Positions 1-9,140 of a stretch of DNA of 32,000 nucleotides are shown piece by piece. A program made the position numbers and the translations under genes. Numbering within the stretch: position 1 is the stretch's first letter; each line of letters begins with the position of its first letter. The DNA lies in the NCBI RefSeq assembly GCF_000237865.1, contig NC_017459.1, positions 420,001 to 452,000 of the forward strand. The letters run 5' to 3'. A model generated the notes under the pieces. The model saw only the letters and a list, made by a program, of their open reading frames with translations, was not told where the DNA came from and made no database searches. This DNA comes from Haloquadratum walsbyi C23 (GTDB lineage: Archaea; Halobacteriota; Halobacteria; Halobacteriales; Haloferacaceae).

Positions 1-1047
1 GTCATTGAGCACCGCAAGCAACTCTTCTGTGGCCGGACTCACTGTATCGGGATATTCTTTCGCAACACGAGCAAGAATGGATGTTGCGTTGTATCTCACC
101 AGCTCGTCTGGGTCTTGCACCAACTCTATTACATCTGGAATCCAAGGTTTCACCTCGGTTGGATACTCGTCGGCGATATCTGCGAGTACACCAGCAGCAT
201 TAGACCGGATCGTGTACTGATCTGTTGATAACAACTCGCCAGCGGTCGGGGCAACGTCGACCGTGACGTTCGCATGTTCTTTACTGAGGTGGCCGATTGC
301 CCGGAGCACCCAGACGTGAGCACGCTCCGGCTCAGTCTCTAAGAACAACTCTAGCTTCGTAACAACATCAACTAATGCGTCTGGTTGTGAGGATCCGACT
401 GAAGCCAAGATTCGGGCTGTTGAGTCCGTATCTGTCGACTCATCTCGAAGCAACCTCGCAAGTTGCGGTATGGCATCAGTTACTACAGTGGGATCATGAT
501 CAGCGAATTCAGCAAGAAACTGTATAGCTTCGTTCCGGAGTAAAGAGTGAGTAGACTCATCCACGAGATGGATTGCCGGTTTGACACCCGCTCGCGTGCG
601 TTCTGGGTCCGACTCAACGACACGTGTGAGTATTCCGAGAGCCTCACCTTGTACTGCAGGGTGGCTATCACTTAGCAGCTCTATCACCAAATCAACAGCA
701 GGGATACACTCATCAGGTGATGTTGCTGCCATCTTGGCGAGGTGAGCCAGAGCTACGCGCTGTGATTTCCCATCTGAAGACGCGATATCTGAAACGACTT
801 CATTTACGCTCGTAGGGTCTACCGTGTCGGAGGCTTCGTTCAGGTCGCCCTCAGTGTACGTGTTTCCGAGGCTATCGACGAGACTGTACTCAGTCAAATT
901 CCGGTCTGTCCGTACTGACATCTCGAATAATTTCAACCGATTTGTATGAGTGAGCGGCATTACCCGTTCGTCTGGCGGTTTTAGCATATCCCATTCAACA
1001 ATTTGATACCCAACTTTTGGATACGCGTTCTCAAGTGGATCTGTCAT
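1..1047 (-). CDS. HEAT-repeat (PBS-lyase HEAT-like) protein, C-terminus cut by the window edge
   Basis: Absent from the ORF track because it runs off the left edge. ATG at 1047-1045, open in frame to position 1 (349 codons). The translation MTDPLENAYPKVGYQIVEWD...AVQGEALGILTRVVESDPE...LLRNEAIQFLAEFADHDP...VWVLRAIGHL...IRSNAAGVLADIADEYP...VRYNATSILARVAKEYP shows the periodic helical repeat pattern of HEAT/PBS-lyase repeats and is acidic. Confidence 0.75.
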   Translation of the reverse strand, partial: MTDPLENAYPKVGYQIVEWDMLKPPDERVMPLTHTNRLKLFEMSVRTDRNLTEYSLVDSLGNTYTEGDLNEASDTVDPTSVNEVVSDIASSDGKSQRVALAHLAKMAATSPDECIPAVDLVIELLSDSHPAVQGEALGILTRVVESDPERTRAGVKPAIHLVDESTHSLLRNEAIQFLAEFADHDPTVVTDAIPQLARLLRDESTDTDSTARILASVGSSQPDALVDVVTKLELFLETEPERAHVWVLRAIGHLSKEHANVTVDVAPTAGELLSTDQYTIRSNAAGVLADIADEYPTEVKPWIPDVIELVQDPDELVRYNATSILARVAKEYPDTVSPATEELLAVLND

Positions 1048-1174
1048 TCAGTGGGTCCTCTCTTTGGTTTATGTATTTGGTGTCGTGAGCTAAAAAGGCT
1101 GTTTGACTTTCATGCTGATCTCATATCCCAATTAACACTTAACTTTTTGTCCAAATCTATATTCTCCTGCAATT

Positions 1175-2215
1175 ATGGAATTATATCGGATTGAACCAGA
1201 CAATATGACGCGTATTAGCGAACGAAATCTGGACGAAGAGGAACAGCTAGAAAATAGATTAGTGCGCACAGAGGCAGCACAAATCGGCGATGTCGAACTT
1301 CTTTACATTGGTCGGCAAGGAACTATCGAGACTGGTGGTATATTTGATATTCTTGCTATTGATGAACTGGGTAATACAGTGGTTGTGGAATTAAAACGAA
1401 ATGAAGCGCCACGCAGCGTGATTGCTCAGGCTCTTGAATACGCAAGTGAGATTCAAGACGCTGAGTACGACTATCTAAATAGTCGATACAGTTCTTTTCT
1501 AAGAGAAGAGCAGGGGTATGGTGACGAACCTCCTTCACTCCTAGAAGCCCATGCAGAATATTTCGATCTTGATGAGCCACTCTCACCCCGTGAGTTCAAT
1601 ACTGAACAGCGGTTGATTCTGGTCGCCAGCAAATTTGATGAAGATAAGCTATTAAATATAGTAGACTTCCTCCGAAACCACGATGTTGATGTCATCGCTG
1701 TAGAGCATAGTACCTACCGCGACGACGATTCAGATATTGAGTTGCTGGCCACAGATGCTATCCGACGGCCTCTAGCACAAGAACCCTCCACAGCAGGAGA
1801 TAGAGACTCCCACTCTCGAGTGTATGGGCGAAAGTGGCACATAGAAGAGAAACCGAATCCCGAGACAGGTGAACTTATAGAAGAGATCGTAAGCCAACTA
1901 TCTACTATTGACTCCCTACAAGATCCATCTTGGAATCAGAAACCATATGTTGCGCTTGATCATCAAACTCTACAGTATCGTTTAATAATCAGGACTCAGG
2001 TAACACAGCTACAAATATGGATGGGATTAACTTGTGATCCCAAAGGTCGGAACAGGATAGCAAACGAAATTGGAGTTCCAGAGAGTGAAGTTGAACAGTC
2101 AACTAACAATAGAGGTGATCCACGTCTTGTTATCCGATGTAAACCTGATTACGATATTGACGTGTCCACACTACGTAACGAGGTTAAAAAATTGATATTA
2201 TCTTCCGGAGAATAA
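1175..2215 (+). CDS. NucS C-terminal/DUF91-like PD-(D/E)xK nuclease family protein with an unassigned C-terminal half
   Basis: 346 aa, acidic. GIFDILAIDELGNTVVVELKRNEAPRSVIAQALEYAS matches the D..(D/E)xK..Q..Y core of the RecB-like NucS/DUF91 fold. The C-terminal ~150 aa are unassigned. The gene and its 3' spacer up to 2764 look AT-richer than the flanks (by eye). Confidence 0.7.
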   Translation: MELYRIEPDNMTRISERNLDEEEQLENRLVRTEAAQIGDVELLYIGRQGTIETGGIFDILAIDELGNTVVVELKRNEAPRSVIAQALEYASEIQDAEYDYLNSRYSSFLREEQGYGDEPPSLLEAHAEYFDLDEPLSPREFNTEQRLILVASKFDEDKLLNIVDFLRNHDVDVIAVEHSTYRDDDSDIELLATDAIRRPLAQEPSTAGDRDSHSRVYGRKWHIEEKPNPETGELIEEIVSQLSTIDSLQDPSWNQKPYVALDHQTLQYRLIIRTQVTQLQIWMGLTCDPKGRNRIANEIGVPESEVEQSTNNRGDPRLVIRCKPDYDIDVSTLRNEVKKLILSSGE

Positions 2216-2753
2216 TTCGTATACTAGATGTCATAGACGGTCACTCTCCCGTGATCTGGCTTAAGTCATGTTATATTAGCGCGCTCAATCATTACATTTA
2301 TTCCAAAAATAAACTGATTCGGTGCATTTCGTACTGGCTAGTTAACGATAATAAGAGTTCCATGACACTCTCATCTCAATATATTGATATTCTCATGGCA
2401 ATCCAGCGTGGGAATTTTATCCTGTAATATATGGTGAGTAGACAGATGTACGCACGGATAAAACTAAAGTTGGATATGAATGTTATCTCTCTCAATTGTC
2501 CTTATCTTGTAACGGAGCAACTCTGGGACTCACACGAACACACGTCACGGTTTGCTTCTGGAATCAGTCATCATCGCCCCACGTAGATCACAACTCGATG
2601 ATCAAATACGGATTTGGTTACATCGATCGTTTTACCTAGCGGAAATCAGCAACTGAGAAACACTCCATCCATAAGACAGTGTTACTCCACTTCGAGGTGA
2701 GAACAGCAACTTTATCTGTCGCTCAGGGTGAATTGATTCCAAGATTACTTTCA

Positions 2754-2758
2754 GGAGG
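2754..2758 (+). promoter_or_regulatory. Shine-Dalgarno-like GGAGG 6 nt upstream of the aIF2-gamma GTG start
   Basis: The sequence reads tcaGGAGGtcaataGTG, with GGAGG at 2754-2758 and the start codon at 2765. Confidence 0.4.
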
Positions 2759-2764
2759 TCAATA

Positions 2765-3994
2765 GTGACACAACAAACACAACAACCGGAGGTGAATATC
2801 GGACTCGTCGGTCATGTCGATCATGGGAAAACAACGCTCGTTCAAGCGTTGTCCGGTTCATGGACAGATCAGCACTCAGAGGAAATGAAGCGAGGTATTT
2901 CAATTCGACTTGGATATGCCGACGCAACATTCCGTATGATTTCTAATGTTAATCCACCAGAGGGATATACCGTTGACGAAACAGGTCCTGACGGCGAACC
3001 AACTGAGACGCTTCGAACGGTTTCATTTGTTGACGCACCAGGACATGAGACACTGATGGCGACAATGCTTTCTGGAGCAGCAATTATGGATGGTGCTGTT
3101 CTTGTTGTCTCAGCAACAGAGGATGTGCCACAGGCACAAACTGAAGAGCATCTGATGGCACTCGATATCATTGGAATTGAAAACGTCGTTATTGCACAAA
3201 ATAAAATTGATCTTGTGGACCGTGAGCGTGCAATCGAATCACATAATCAGATCCAGTCATTCGTTGAGGGGACAGTCGCTGAGGATGCTCCAATCGTTCC
3301 TGTCAGCGCTCAGCAGGCGGTCAATATTGACCTTCTTATTGATGCAATTGAGCGTGAAATCCCAACGCCTGAGCGCGATGCAGATACGTCACCTCGGCTT
3401 TATGCTGCTCGATCATTTGATATTAATCGTCCAGGAACGACTTGGAAGAACCTTTCTGGTGGTGTTATCGGTGGCTCTGTTTCCCGCGGACGACTTGAAA
3501 CCGGAGCAGAGATTGAATTGCGCCCAGGACGTGAAGTTGACCAAGGCGGGCAGGTTGAGTGGCAACCGATCATCACAGATGTTCGCTCATTACAAGCGGG
3601 TGGTGAAAGCGTCCCTGAAGTAACTCCTGGCGGATTATGCGGGGTTGGCACTGGTCTCGATCCAAGTTTAACGAAAGGAGACTCGCTCGCCGGACAGATT
3701 GTTGGTGAGCCAGGGACATTACCACCGACGCGTGAATCATTTACTATGACTGTCGAGTTGCTTGACCGAGTTGTTGGTGATGAAGCGGGTGATGTCGAGA
3801 CGATTTCAACAGGAGAACCATTGATGTTGACAGTTGGTACAGCAACAACCGTTGGGGCGGTCACAAGTGCGCGCAGCGGTGAAGCCGAAGTCTCACTTAA
3901 ACGACCAGTCTGCGCTGAAGAAGGGTCAAAGATTGCAATCAATCGCCGCGTTGGCGCCCGATGGCGGCTCATTGGGATTGGGACGCTTGAGTGA
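2765..3994 (+). CDS. eif2g: translation initiation factor aIF2 gamma subunit
   Basis: 409 aa with GTPase motifs [15 protein letters not shown] and NKIDL, and an N-terminus [19 protein letters not shown] typical of aIF2-gamma. It heads the conserved archaeal array with PIN, rpoE-prime and spt4. Confidence 0.95.
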   Translation: MTQQTQQPEVNIGLVGHVDHGKTTLVQALSGSWTDQHSEEMKRGISIRLGYADATFRMISNVNPPEGYTVDETGPDGEPTETLRTVSFVDAPGHETLMATMLSGAAIMDGAVLVVSATEDVPQAQTEEHLMALDIIGIENVVIAQNKIDLVDRERAIESHNQIQSFVEGTVAEDAPIVPVSAQQAVNIDLLIDAIEREIPTPERDADTSPRLYAARSFDINRPGTTWKNLSGGVIGGSVSRGRLETGAEIELRPGREVDQGGQVEWQPIITDVRSLQAGGESVPEVTPGGLCGVGTGLDPSLTKGDSLAGQIVGEPGTLPPTRESFTMTVELLDRVVGDEAGDVETISTGEPLMLTVGTATTVGAVTSARSGEAEVSLKRPVCAEEGSKIAINRRVGARWRLIGIGTLE

Positions 3995-4169
3995 GTGATA
4001 ATTACAATTCATTAACACGATCGCCTCTGACATTGGTATCAAACCCAATCTGCGGATATCACGCACGATACAAAACAGAGCGGCATATGACAGGCGGGAC
4101 TGAACATGACATGGGTATAACACGATCTCATTGTAATGAATAAATATAAAATATTCAGTATTTGACATC

Positions 4170-4799
4170 ATGATCGCCGTAATCCTCGATACAAACGCAT
4201 TGATGTTGCCTGTTGAACGAGATGTTCGTCTGTTCGAGGAGCTTGATCGGATCCTCACAGAGTCATATATATCACTTGTTCCGCGTCCGGTTGTTGCTGA
4301 ACTGCATCATCTCAGTGACGGTGCTGGAGTTGAAGCGACAGCAGCAAATGTTGGTAGCGACCTACTTGATCGCTGTTCTATCATTGATACTGAAGCTGAT
4401 TTCGCTGATGACGCTATTGTCGAGTTGGCGACCACTGAGACTGTATTGGGTCAAACTGAGATCTGTGCTGACACTACTACAGTTGACAGCACTCATAATC
4501 GTCAGTCCGATGAGAAAGATATCGGTACACATACGAATGTCCATAATAATATACATGCAGGCAGACAAATTAATGTGGAAGCCGACGCTCACAGTGACGA
4601 CCGAAATGCAGACCTGATTGAGATTTCCGACCGGGAGTCAACGGCGGAGGCGACGACAGAGATAGCTGAAGACGAATATTTGACGATAAAACAATATGTC
4701 GTCACAGAAGATAGACCGCTCCGTAATCGATTATACGAACATGATGTTCGCGTAATCGGTATAAGGGGGCGAAACACATTGGAGATAACAGAACCATAA
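4170..4799 (+). CDS. PIN-domain protein (Fcf1/COG1412-like) with a long internal insert
   Basis: The N-terminal VILDTNALMLPVERDV and C-terminal YVVTEDRPLRNRL...VIGIRGRN are the hallmark ends of the PIN protein that normally follows aIF2-gamma in archaea. The middle ~85 aa are low-complexity. Confidence 0.8.
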   Translation: MIAVILDTNALMLPVERDVRLFEELDRILTESYISLVPRPVVAELHHLSDGAGVEATAANVGSDLLDRCSIIDTEADFADDAIVELATTETVLGQTEICADTTTVDSTHNRQSDEKDIGTHTNVHNNIHAGRQINVEADAHSDDRNADLIEISDRESTAEATTEIAEDEYLTIKQYVVTEDRPLRNRLYEHDVRVIGIRGRNTLEITEP

Positions 4800-4802
4800 C
4801 GT

Positions 4803-5387
4803 ATGTATAAACGGGTACAACTTACAGATACAGTTGAAGTGCCTCCGCGGCACCTTGCAGATGTCACACCACAGCGTGTTAAGCGACTTCTACAAGACAA
4901 ATTAGAGGGACGGATGGATGAAGATATTGGAAGCGTTGTTAGCGTCATCAGCGTTCTTGATATTGGTGAAGGCGCAGTCCTTCCAGGGCGTGCTGGTGTA
5001 TACTACGAAGCTAAATTCGATGCAATTACATTCGACCCAGCAATGCAGGAGGTCGTTGATGGTGAAGTCGTTGAAGTTGTTGAATTTGGGGCATTTGTCG
5101 GAATTGGTCCGGTTGATGGGTTGTTGCACGTCTCACAAATTTCCGATGAATACCTTGCATACGACGGTGAAAATCAGCAACTTGCGTCCACAGAGTCAAA
5201 TCGGACGCTTGGTGTTGGTGACTCTGTGCGTGTTCGCGTTGTGACAAAAAGTATTGATGAGCGAAATCCCCGTGATTCAAAAATAGGTCTTACCGCGAAA
5301 CAACCTGGTCTTGGTAAGCATGGCTGGTTGCAAGCGGACCGACAGGCCAACGCTGCTACGACGGAGGCCGGCGCGGAGGGTAAGTAG
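4803..5387 (+). CDS. rpoE1: DNA-directed RNA polymerase subunit E-prime (Rpo7)
   Basis: MYKRVQLTDTVEVPPRHL N-terminus and S1 domain GEVVEVVEFGAFVGIGPVDGLLHVSQI. It starts 4 nt after the PIN stop. Confidence 0.95.
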   Translation: MYKRVQLTDTVEVPPRHLADVTPQRVKRLLQDKLEGRMDEDIGSVVSVISVLDIGEGAVLPGRAGVYYEAKFDAITFDPAMQEVVDGEVVEVVEFGAFVGIGPVDGLLHVSQISDEYLAYDGENQQLASTESNRTLGVGDSVRVRVVTKSIDERNPRDSKIGLTAKQPGLGKHGWLQADRQANAATTEAGAEGK

Positions 5388-5585
5388 ATGGTACAAACCC
5401 GCCTTTCATGTCGCGAGTGTCATTATATCAATCACGCCGATTCACAAACCTGTGAGAACTGTGGGTCAAGTAGTCTGACTGAGGATTGGGCGGGATATGT
5501 TGTTGTTACGCACCCAGATGATTCAGCAATTGCTGAGGAGATGAATGTCAAAGAACCCGGTGGATACGCGCTAAAGGTGCGCTAA
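5388..5585 (+). CDS. spt4: transcription elongation factor Spt4 (RpoE-double-prime)
   Basis: 65 aa with a zinc ribbon CRECHY...CENCGS followed by DWAGYVVV. Its ATG abuts the rpoE1 stop (TAGATG). Confidence 0.9.
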   Translation: MVQTRLSCRECHYINHADSQTCENCGSSSLTEDWAGYVVVTHPDDSAIAEEMNVKEPGGYALKVR

Positions 5586-5595
5586 CGCAGCAGCA

Positions 5596-6156
5596 ATGGC
5601 TAGGCTGCCACTCGAACTTCCATCATCACTCCGGCAGGAATTTAAATCACCATTTGGTCCAGTCTACACTGACGTCACCCAATTCCTCGCCGATGCCGGT
5701 CGACCGATTATTGCTGTTGGTGATATCGTCACATATCACCTCCAGACAGTCGATTACACTCCGGCAGTGGCTGTCATCGACGGACAGACAAAACGTGAAA
5801 GCGTCGATGAAACAGTCAAACCAGCGCTCTCGAAGCATAACAAACGGATAGATGTTGAAAACCAACCGGGGACAATATCTATCGCGCTATTAGAGGCGCT
5901 GCAGACCGCAGTCGAAACACCTGAATCTGTTATGATCGTTGTCGACGGCGAAGAAGACCTTGCAACACTCCCGGCGGTTCTTGTAGCACGACCTGGGGGG
6001 ACCGTCGTGTATGGACAACCCAACCAAGGGATGGTACGTATTGCTGTGACTCCTGAGACAAAGACCACAATGTCGAGATTACTTAAACGCATGGATGGAG
6101 ATGCTGCTGCAGCATTTGACCGGCTTGGAGTGGATCGCAGTGGCAATAAAAAATGA
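5596..6156 (+). CDS. GTP-dependent dephospho-CoA kinase (DUF359/COG1909 family)
   Basis: Family pattern IAVGDIVTYHL, PAVAVIDGQTKR, MIVVDGEEDLATLPAVL, TVVYGQPNQGMV. It sits in the usual position after spt4. Confidence 0.85.
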   Translation: MARLPLELPSSLRQEFKSPFGPVYTDVTQFLADAGRPIIAVGDIVTYHLQTVDYTPAVAVIDGQTKRESVDETVKPALSKHNKRIDVENQPGTISIALLEALQTAVETPESVMIVVDGEEDLATLPAVLVARPGGTVVYGQPNQGMVRIAVTPETKTTMSRLLKRMDGDAAAAFDRLGVDRSGNKK

Positions 6157-6587
6157 CTTGATCGTATCGATAATTGAATTAATCTGTTTGTTACGTCAGT
6201 GTGGCAGGATAGGGTGCTCACTTCGCGTTTTAGCATCGGAGTACAGTGCTTGCATATAGTTTTTAGAAATTCTATGATGCACTGAATACCAATCGAATCG
6301 GTCTCTCTGCCGTATCTCACTGAGGCAGCATCGGGGATTCCTCTTTTTTGCGGAAGGCACTCTCTCCATCAGGCAATGTACAGTCGTATGGTATTGCTAT
6401 TCCCTCAAAATAATATCCTGTCAATCTCTCAATTCAGCACGTATCTGTTATATCGGGTCCTATCGTTTACGATTGGGAGGATATCACACCGCAACATACA
6501 CTGTGAGCAACGAACTGTTCCGTTTCGAGTATTTAAAACCCGGCGGTGAGTTCCATCAGGTATCGTTAAGAGACAGATTCAAAATCG

Positions 6588-6604
6588 GTTGCAGTGACTG
6601 CAAC
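6588..6604. promoter_or_regulatory. 17-bp palindrome GTTGCAG-TGA-CTGCAAC (copy 1), 15 nt past the RHH gene stop
   Basis: Perfect 7-bp arms read directly from the sequence. The arms are the same as in the copy at 6842-6858. It could be a terminator hairpin and/or an operator. Confidence 0.5.
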
Positions 6605-6618
6605 AGGAAGAAAGTGAG

Positions 6619-6819
6619 TCAGAGCGTCCCCTTTCGACGACGAATGATCAACTCACGAACGCGTGCTTCGTGGTCAATGTCACTCTGGAAGTACGCGGTC
6701 AGAATCGCCTCAACAACCTCTGAACGGCTTGCTTGGAGATCGACGCACTGCTCGGTCAGATCGTCCAGTTCCTCAACGAGTTCATCCGAAATGGACACTC
6801 CAAATTCCGTGTTTGACAT
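6619..6819 (-). CDS. ribbon-helix-helix (CopG/Arc/MetJ-like) protein
   Basis: 66 aa, acidic. An N-terminal strand-like FGVSISDELVEELDDL is followed by helices (SRSEVVEAILTAYF). It is on the opposite strand to the flanking conserved array. Confidence 0.7.
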   Translation of the reverse strand: MSNTEFGVSISDELVEELDDLTEQCVDLQASRSEVVEAILTAYFQSDIDHEARVRELIIRRRKGTL

Positions 6820-6841
6820 CGGTTAGACCTCTTCAAAAACA

Positions 6842-6858
6842 GTTGCAGTTGCTGCAAC
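6842..6858. promoter_or_regulatory. 17-bp palindrome GTTGCAG-TTG-CTGCAAC (copy 2), between an AT-rich TATA-like box and the RHH start codon
   Basis: Read on the minus strand: aataatattaC GTTGCAGCAACTGCAAC tgtttttgaagaggtctaaccgATG. The palindrome lies 23 nt upstream of the start codon, in candidate operator position. Confidence 0.5.
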
Positions 6859-7010
6859 GTAATATTATTGTCTCATCCGGCTGAAGAGATTCTTCGCGAC
6901 ACCACCATTTATATACTCGAAACGCGAGAGGCAACGAACGCGAAGTGATGGCAATTCATTGCTTCGAAATCCTTTTAGTCGTTTCAAAATGAATATGCAT
7001 TAACTAACCA

Positions 7011-7328
7011 ATGGAAGTCGATATTCTCTCTGAAGATGAAAATTCGATGTTGCACCGCACCGACATTCAATTTGAGATTGCACACGAGGATGCAACCCCA
7101 TCTCGATTGTCTGTTCGTGACAGCCTTGCAGCGAAAATAAATAAGGACTCTGACGAGGTTGTTGTACATAAACTTGATACCAAATTTGGGATGCGAAAGA
7201 CGATTGGATACGCAAAGGTATATGACTCACCACAGTCCGCTCGTCAAGTCGAACAGGATTACATGCTTAAGCGAAATAAAATTGAGATCGAATCGGAAGA
7301 TGAAGACAGTGCAGCAGAAGGAGCATAA
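7011..7328 (+). CDS. rps24e: 30S ribosomal protein S24e
   Basis: 105 aa. NSMLHRTDIQFEIAHEDATPSR...VVVHKLDTKFGMRKTIGYAKVYDS is the S24e pattern, followed by an acidic tail. Confidence 0.95.
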   Translation: MEVDILSEDENSMLHRTDIQFEIAHEDATPSRLSVRDSLAAKINKDSDEVVVHKLDTKFGMRKTIGYAKVYDSPQSARQVEQDYMLKRNKIEIESEDEDSAAEGA

Positions 7329-7538
7329 CAGGGACACTCGCGAATAACAGTGATGACTCTTGGCTGATTATTATAGTATCACTAGATAGTAGATACCGGA
7401 TATCAGATGTCAGATATCATATGACGTGTGTGTATTACCCCGGTGACTCCAAACGAGTGATTAATTGTGGTAATGAATAACTGTATTCTCAGGACCCACT
7501 GTGTGAGTCATCCATCATAGTAAGATATCATATTTATT

Positions 7539-9140
7539 ATGCGAATTCTTGGAATTGAAGGAACAGCATGGGCAGCAAGTGCGGCATTATACAATACGCA
7601 TGATGAAACAATAGTAATTGAGTCTGACCCATATCAGCCTGACAGCGGTGGTCTGCATCCACGGGAAGCGGCTGAACATATGAGTACAGCACTCCCGGAG
7701 GTTATCTCAACTATTCTTGAGCGCGCGGTAAGTTCTGGGAACACAGATGCAATTGGAATTGACGCCATTGCATTTTCACGTGGTCCTGGACTTGGTCCAT
7801 GTCTTCGAGTTGTTGGAACCGCCGCTCGAACGCTTACACAGGCGCTATCTGTCCCACTTATTGGGGTAAACCATATGATTGCACATCTTGAGATTGGACG
7901 TCATCAGTCTGGATTTACAACACCAGTCTGTCTCAATGCCTCAGGAGCCAACGCACATCTCCTTGGGTATCATCGTCGTCAGTATCAGGTGCTCGGTGAG
8001 ACGATGGATACTGGTGTTGGGAATGCAATTGATAAATTCACCCGTCATCTTGGATGGAATCACCCTGGTGGACCGAAAGTCGAAGCGGCAGCGACTGATG
8101 GGAGTTATCATGACCTTCCATATGTTGTCAAAGGGATGGATTTTTCATTTTCAGGGATCATGTCAGCTGCCAAAGATGCCGTTGATAATGAGGTCCCTGT
8201 TGTTGATGTTTGTACAGGACTGCAAGAAACAATCTTTGCGATGTTAACTGAAGTTGCCGAACGGGCACTCTCCTTAACTGGGAGTAATGAACTTGTACTT
8301 GGTGGGGGAGTCGGACAGAACGATCGTCTTCGCGAGATGCTCTCAACAATGTGTACTGCTCGTGGTGCCTCATTTTATGCGCCTGAATCACGATTTCTTC
8401 GGGATAACGCAGGCATGATTGCTGTATTGGGTGCAGCGATGTATGAGGCTGGACAGACAATTTCAGTCAACGATTCTGCTGTTGATCCGACCTTCCGCCC
8501 GGATGCGGTTACTGTTATGTGGCGTGATGATGAAACATCAGTGACCCGTACCCCGGCAACACTCGATAAAACGCCAGTACGAGGGGCAGAGGCGATAGTG
8601 AGACGTATCAATGATCACGTCGTAAAACGCCGTGTTGAAAAGTCATATCGGCATCCTAAACTTGACACACGACTGCGTGCTGAACGGACACGGGCGGAAG
8701 CACGACTGACAAGTGCTGCACGGCGTCTTGGCGTTCCAACGCCTCTTATATTCGATGCTGACCCCGAGACAGGAACGTTAGTGTTTGAATATGTCGGTGA
8801 GACTGATCTCGCAGCAGACCTCACTGTGAGTCGGTGCCATGCGGTAGGGCAACATCTCGGGCGGATACATAATGCGGGTTTCGTCCATGGTGATCCAACA
8901 ACACGGAATGTTCGTGTTGACTCAGCACAAAATTATCTTATTGATTTTGGGTTAGGATATCACACTGATCATGTTGAGGACCATGCAATGGATCTTCACG
9001 TCTTCATACAGAGCGTAACTGGAACTGCATCAGATCCTGCCCCGCTTATCACTGCATTTGAATCCGGATACGCTGAAACAGGAATATCGACTGTTCAATC
9101 ACGACTTCGTGATATCGAGTCACGTGGACGCTATCATTGA
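7539..9140 (+). CDS. kae1: bifunctional Kae1 (tRNA t6A transferase) / Bud32 kinase fusion
   Basis: 533 aa. The Kae1 part has ILGIEGTAW, VNHMIAHLE and LGGGVGQN. The Bud32 part has HGDPTTRNV and LIDFGL. Confidence 0.95.
   Translation: MRILGIEGTAWAASAALYNTHDETIVIESDPYQPDSGGLHPREAAEHMSTALPEVISTILERAVSSGNTDAIGIDAIAFSRGPGLGPCLRVVGTAARTLTQALSVPLIGVNHMIAHLEIGRHQSGFTTPVCLNASGANAHLLGYHRRQYQVLGETMDTGVGNAIDKFTRHLGWNHPGGPKVEAAATDGSYHDLPYVVKGMDFSFSGIMSAAKDAVDNEVPVVDVCTGLQETIFAMLTEVAERALSLTGSNELVLGGGVGQNDRLREMLSTMCTARGASFYAPESRFLRDNAGMIAVLGAAMYEAGQTISVNDSAVDPTFRPDAVTVMWRDDETSVTRTPATLDKTPVRGAEAIVRRINDHVVKRRVEKSYRHPKLDTRLRAERTRAEARLTSAARRLGVPTPLIFDADPETGTLVFEYVGETDLAADLTVSRCHAVGQHLGRIHNAGFVHGDPTTRNVRVDSAQNYLIDFGLGYHTDHVEDHAMDLHVFIQSVTGTASDPAPLITAFESGYAETGISTVQSRLRDIESRGRYH

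Noticed and set aside
5-220. 71-aa + strand ORF at the left edge.
   Set aside because: It lies antisense within the much longer HEAT-repeat reading frame (1-1047, minus strand), and its composition is Ser/Thr-rich and non-acidic.
3400-3972. Long ORFs antisense to or out of frame with well-supported genes (this one inside eif2g; also 12312-12875, 12978-13412, 5754-6320, 21223-21783, 14955-15353, 6473-6826).
   Set aside because: Their translations are basic and Ser/Arg/Pro/Thr-rich, which is not halophile-like. They are the usual shadow frames of strongly coding regions and have no recognisable motifs.
7331-7480. 50-codon open frame ending ...CVYYPGDSKRVINCGNE, considered as a decayed rps27ae.
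   Set aside because: It has no start codon context and no CxxC pairs, and the similarity is too loose to call. Only the absence of rps27ae is reported.
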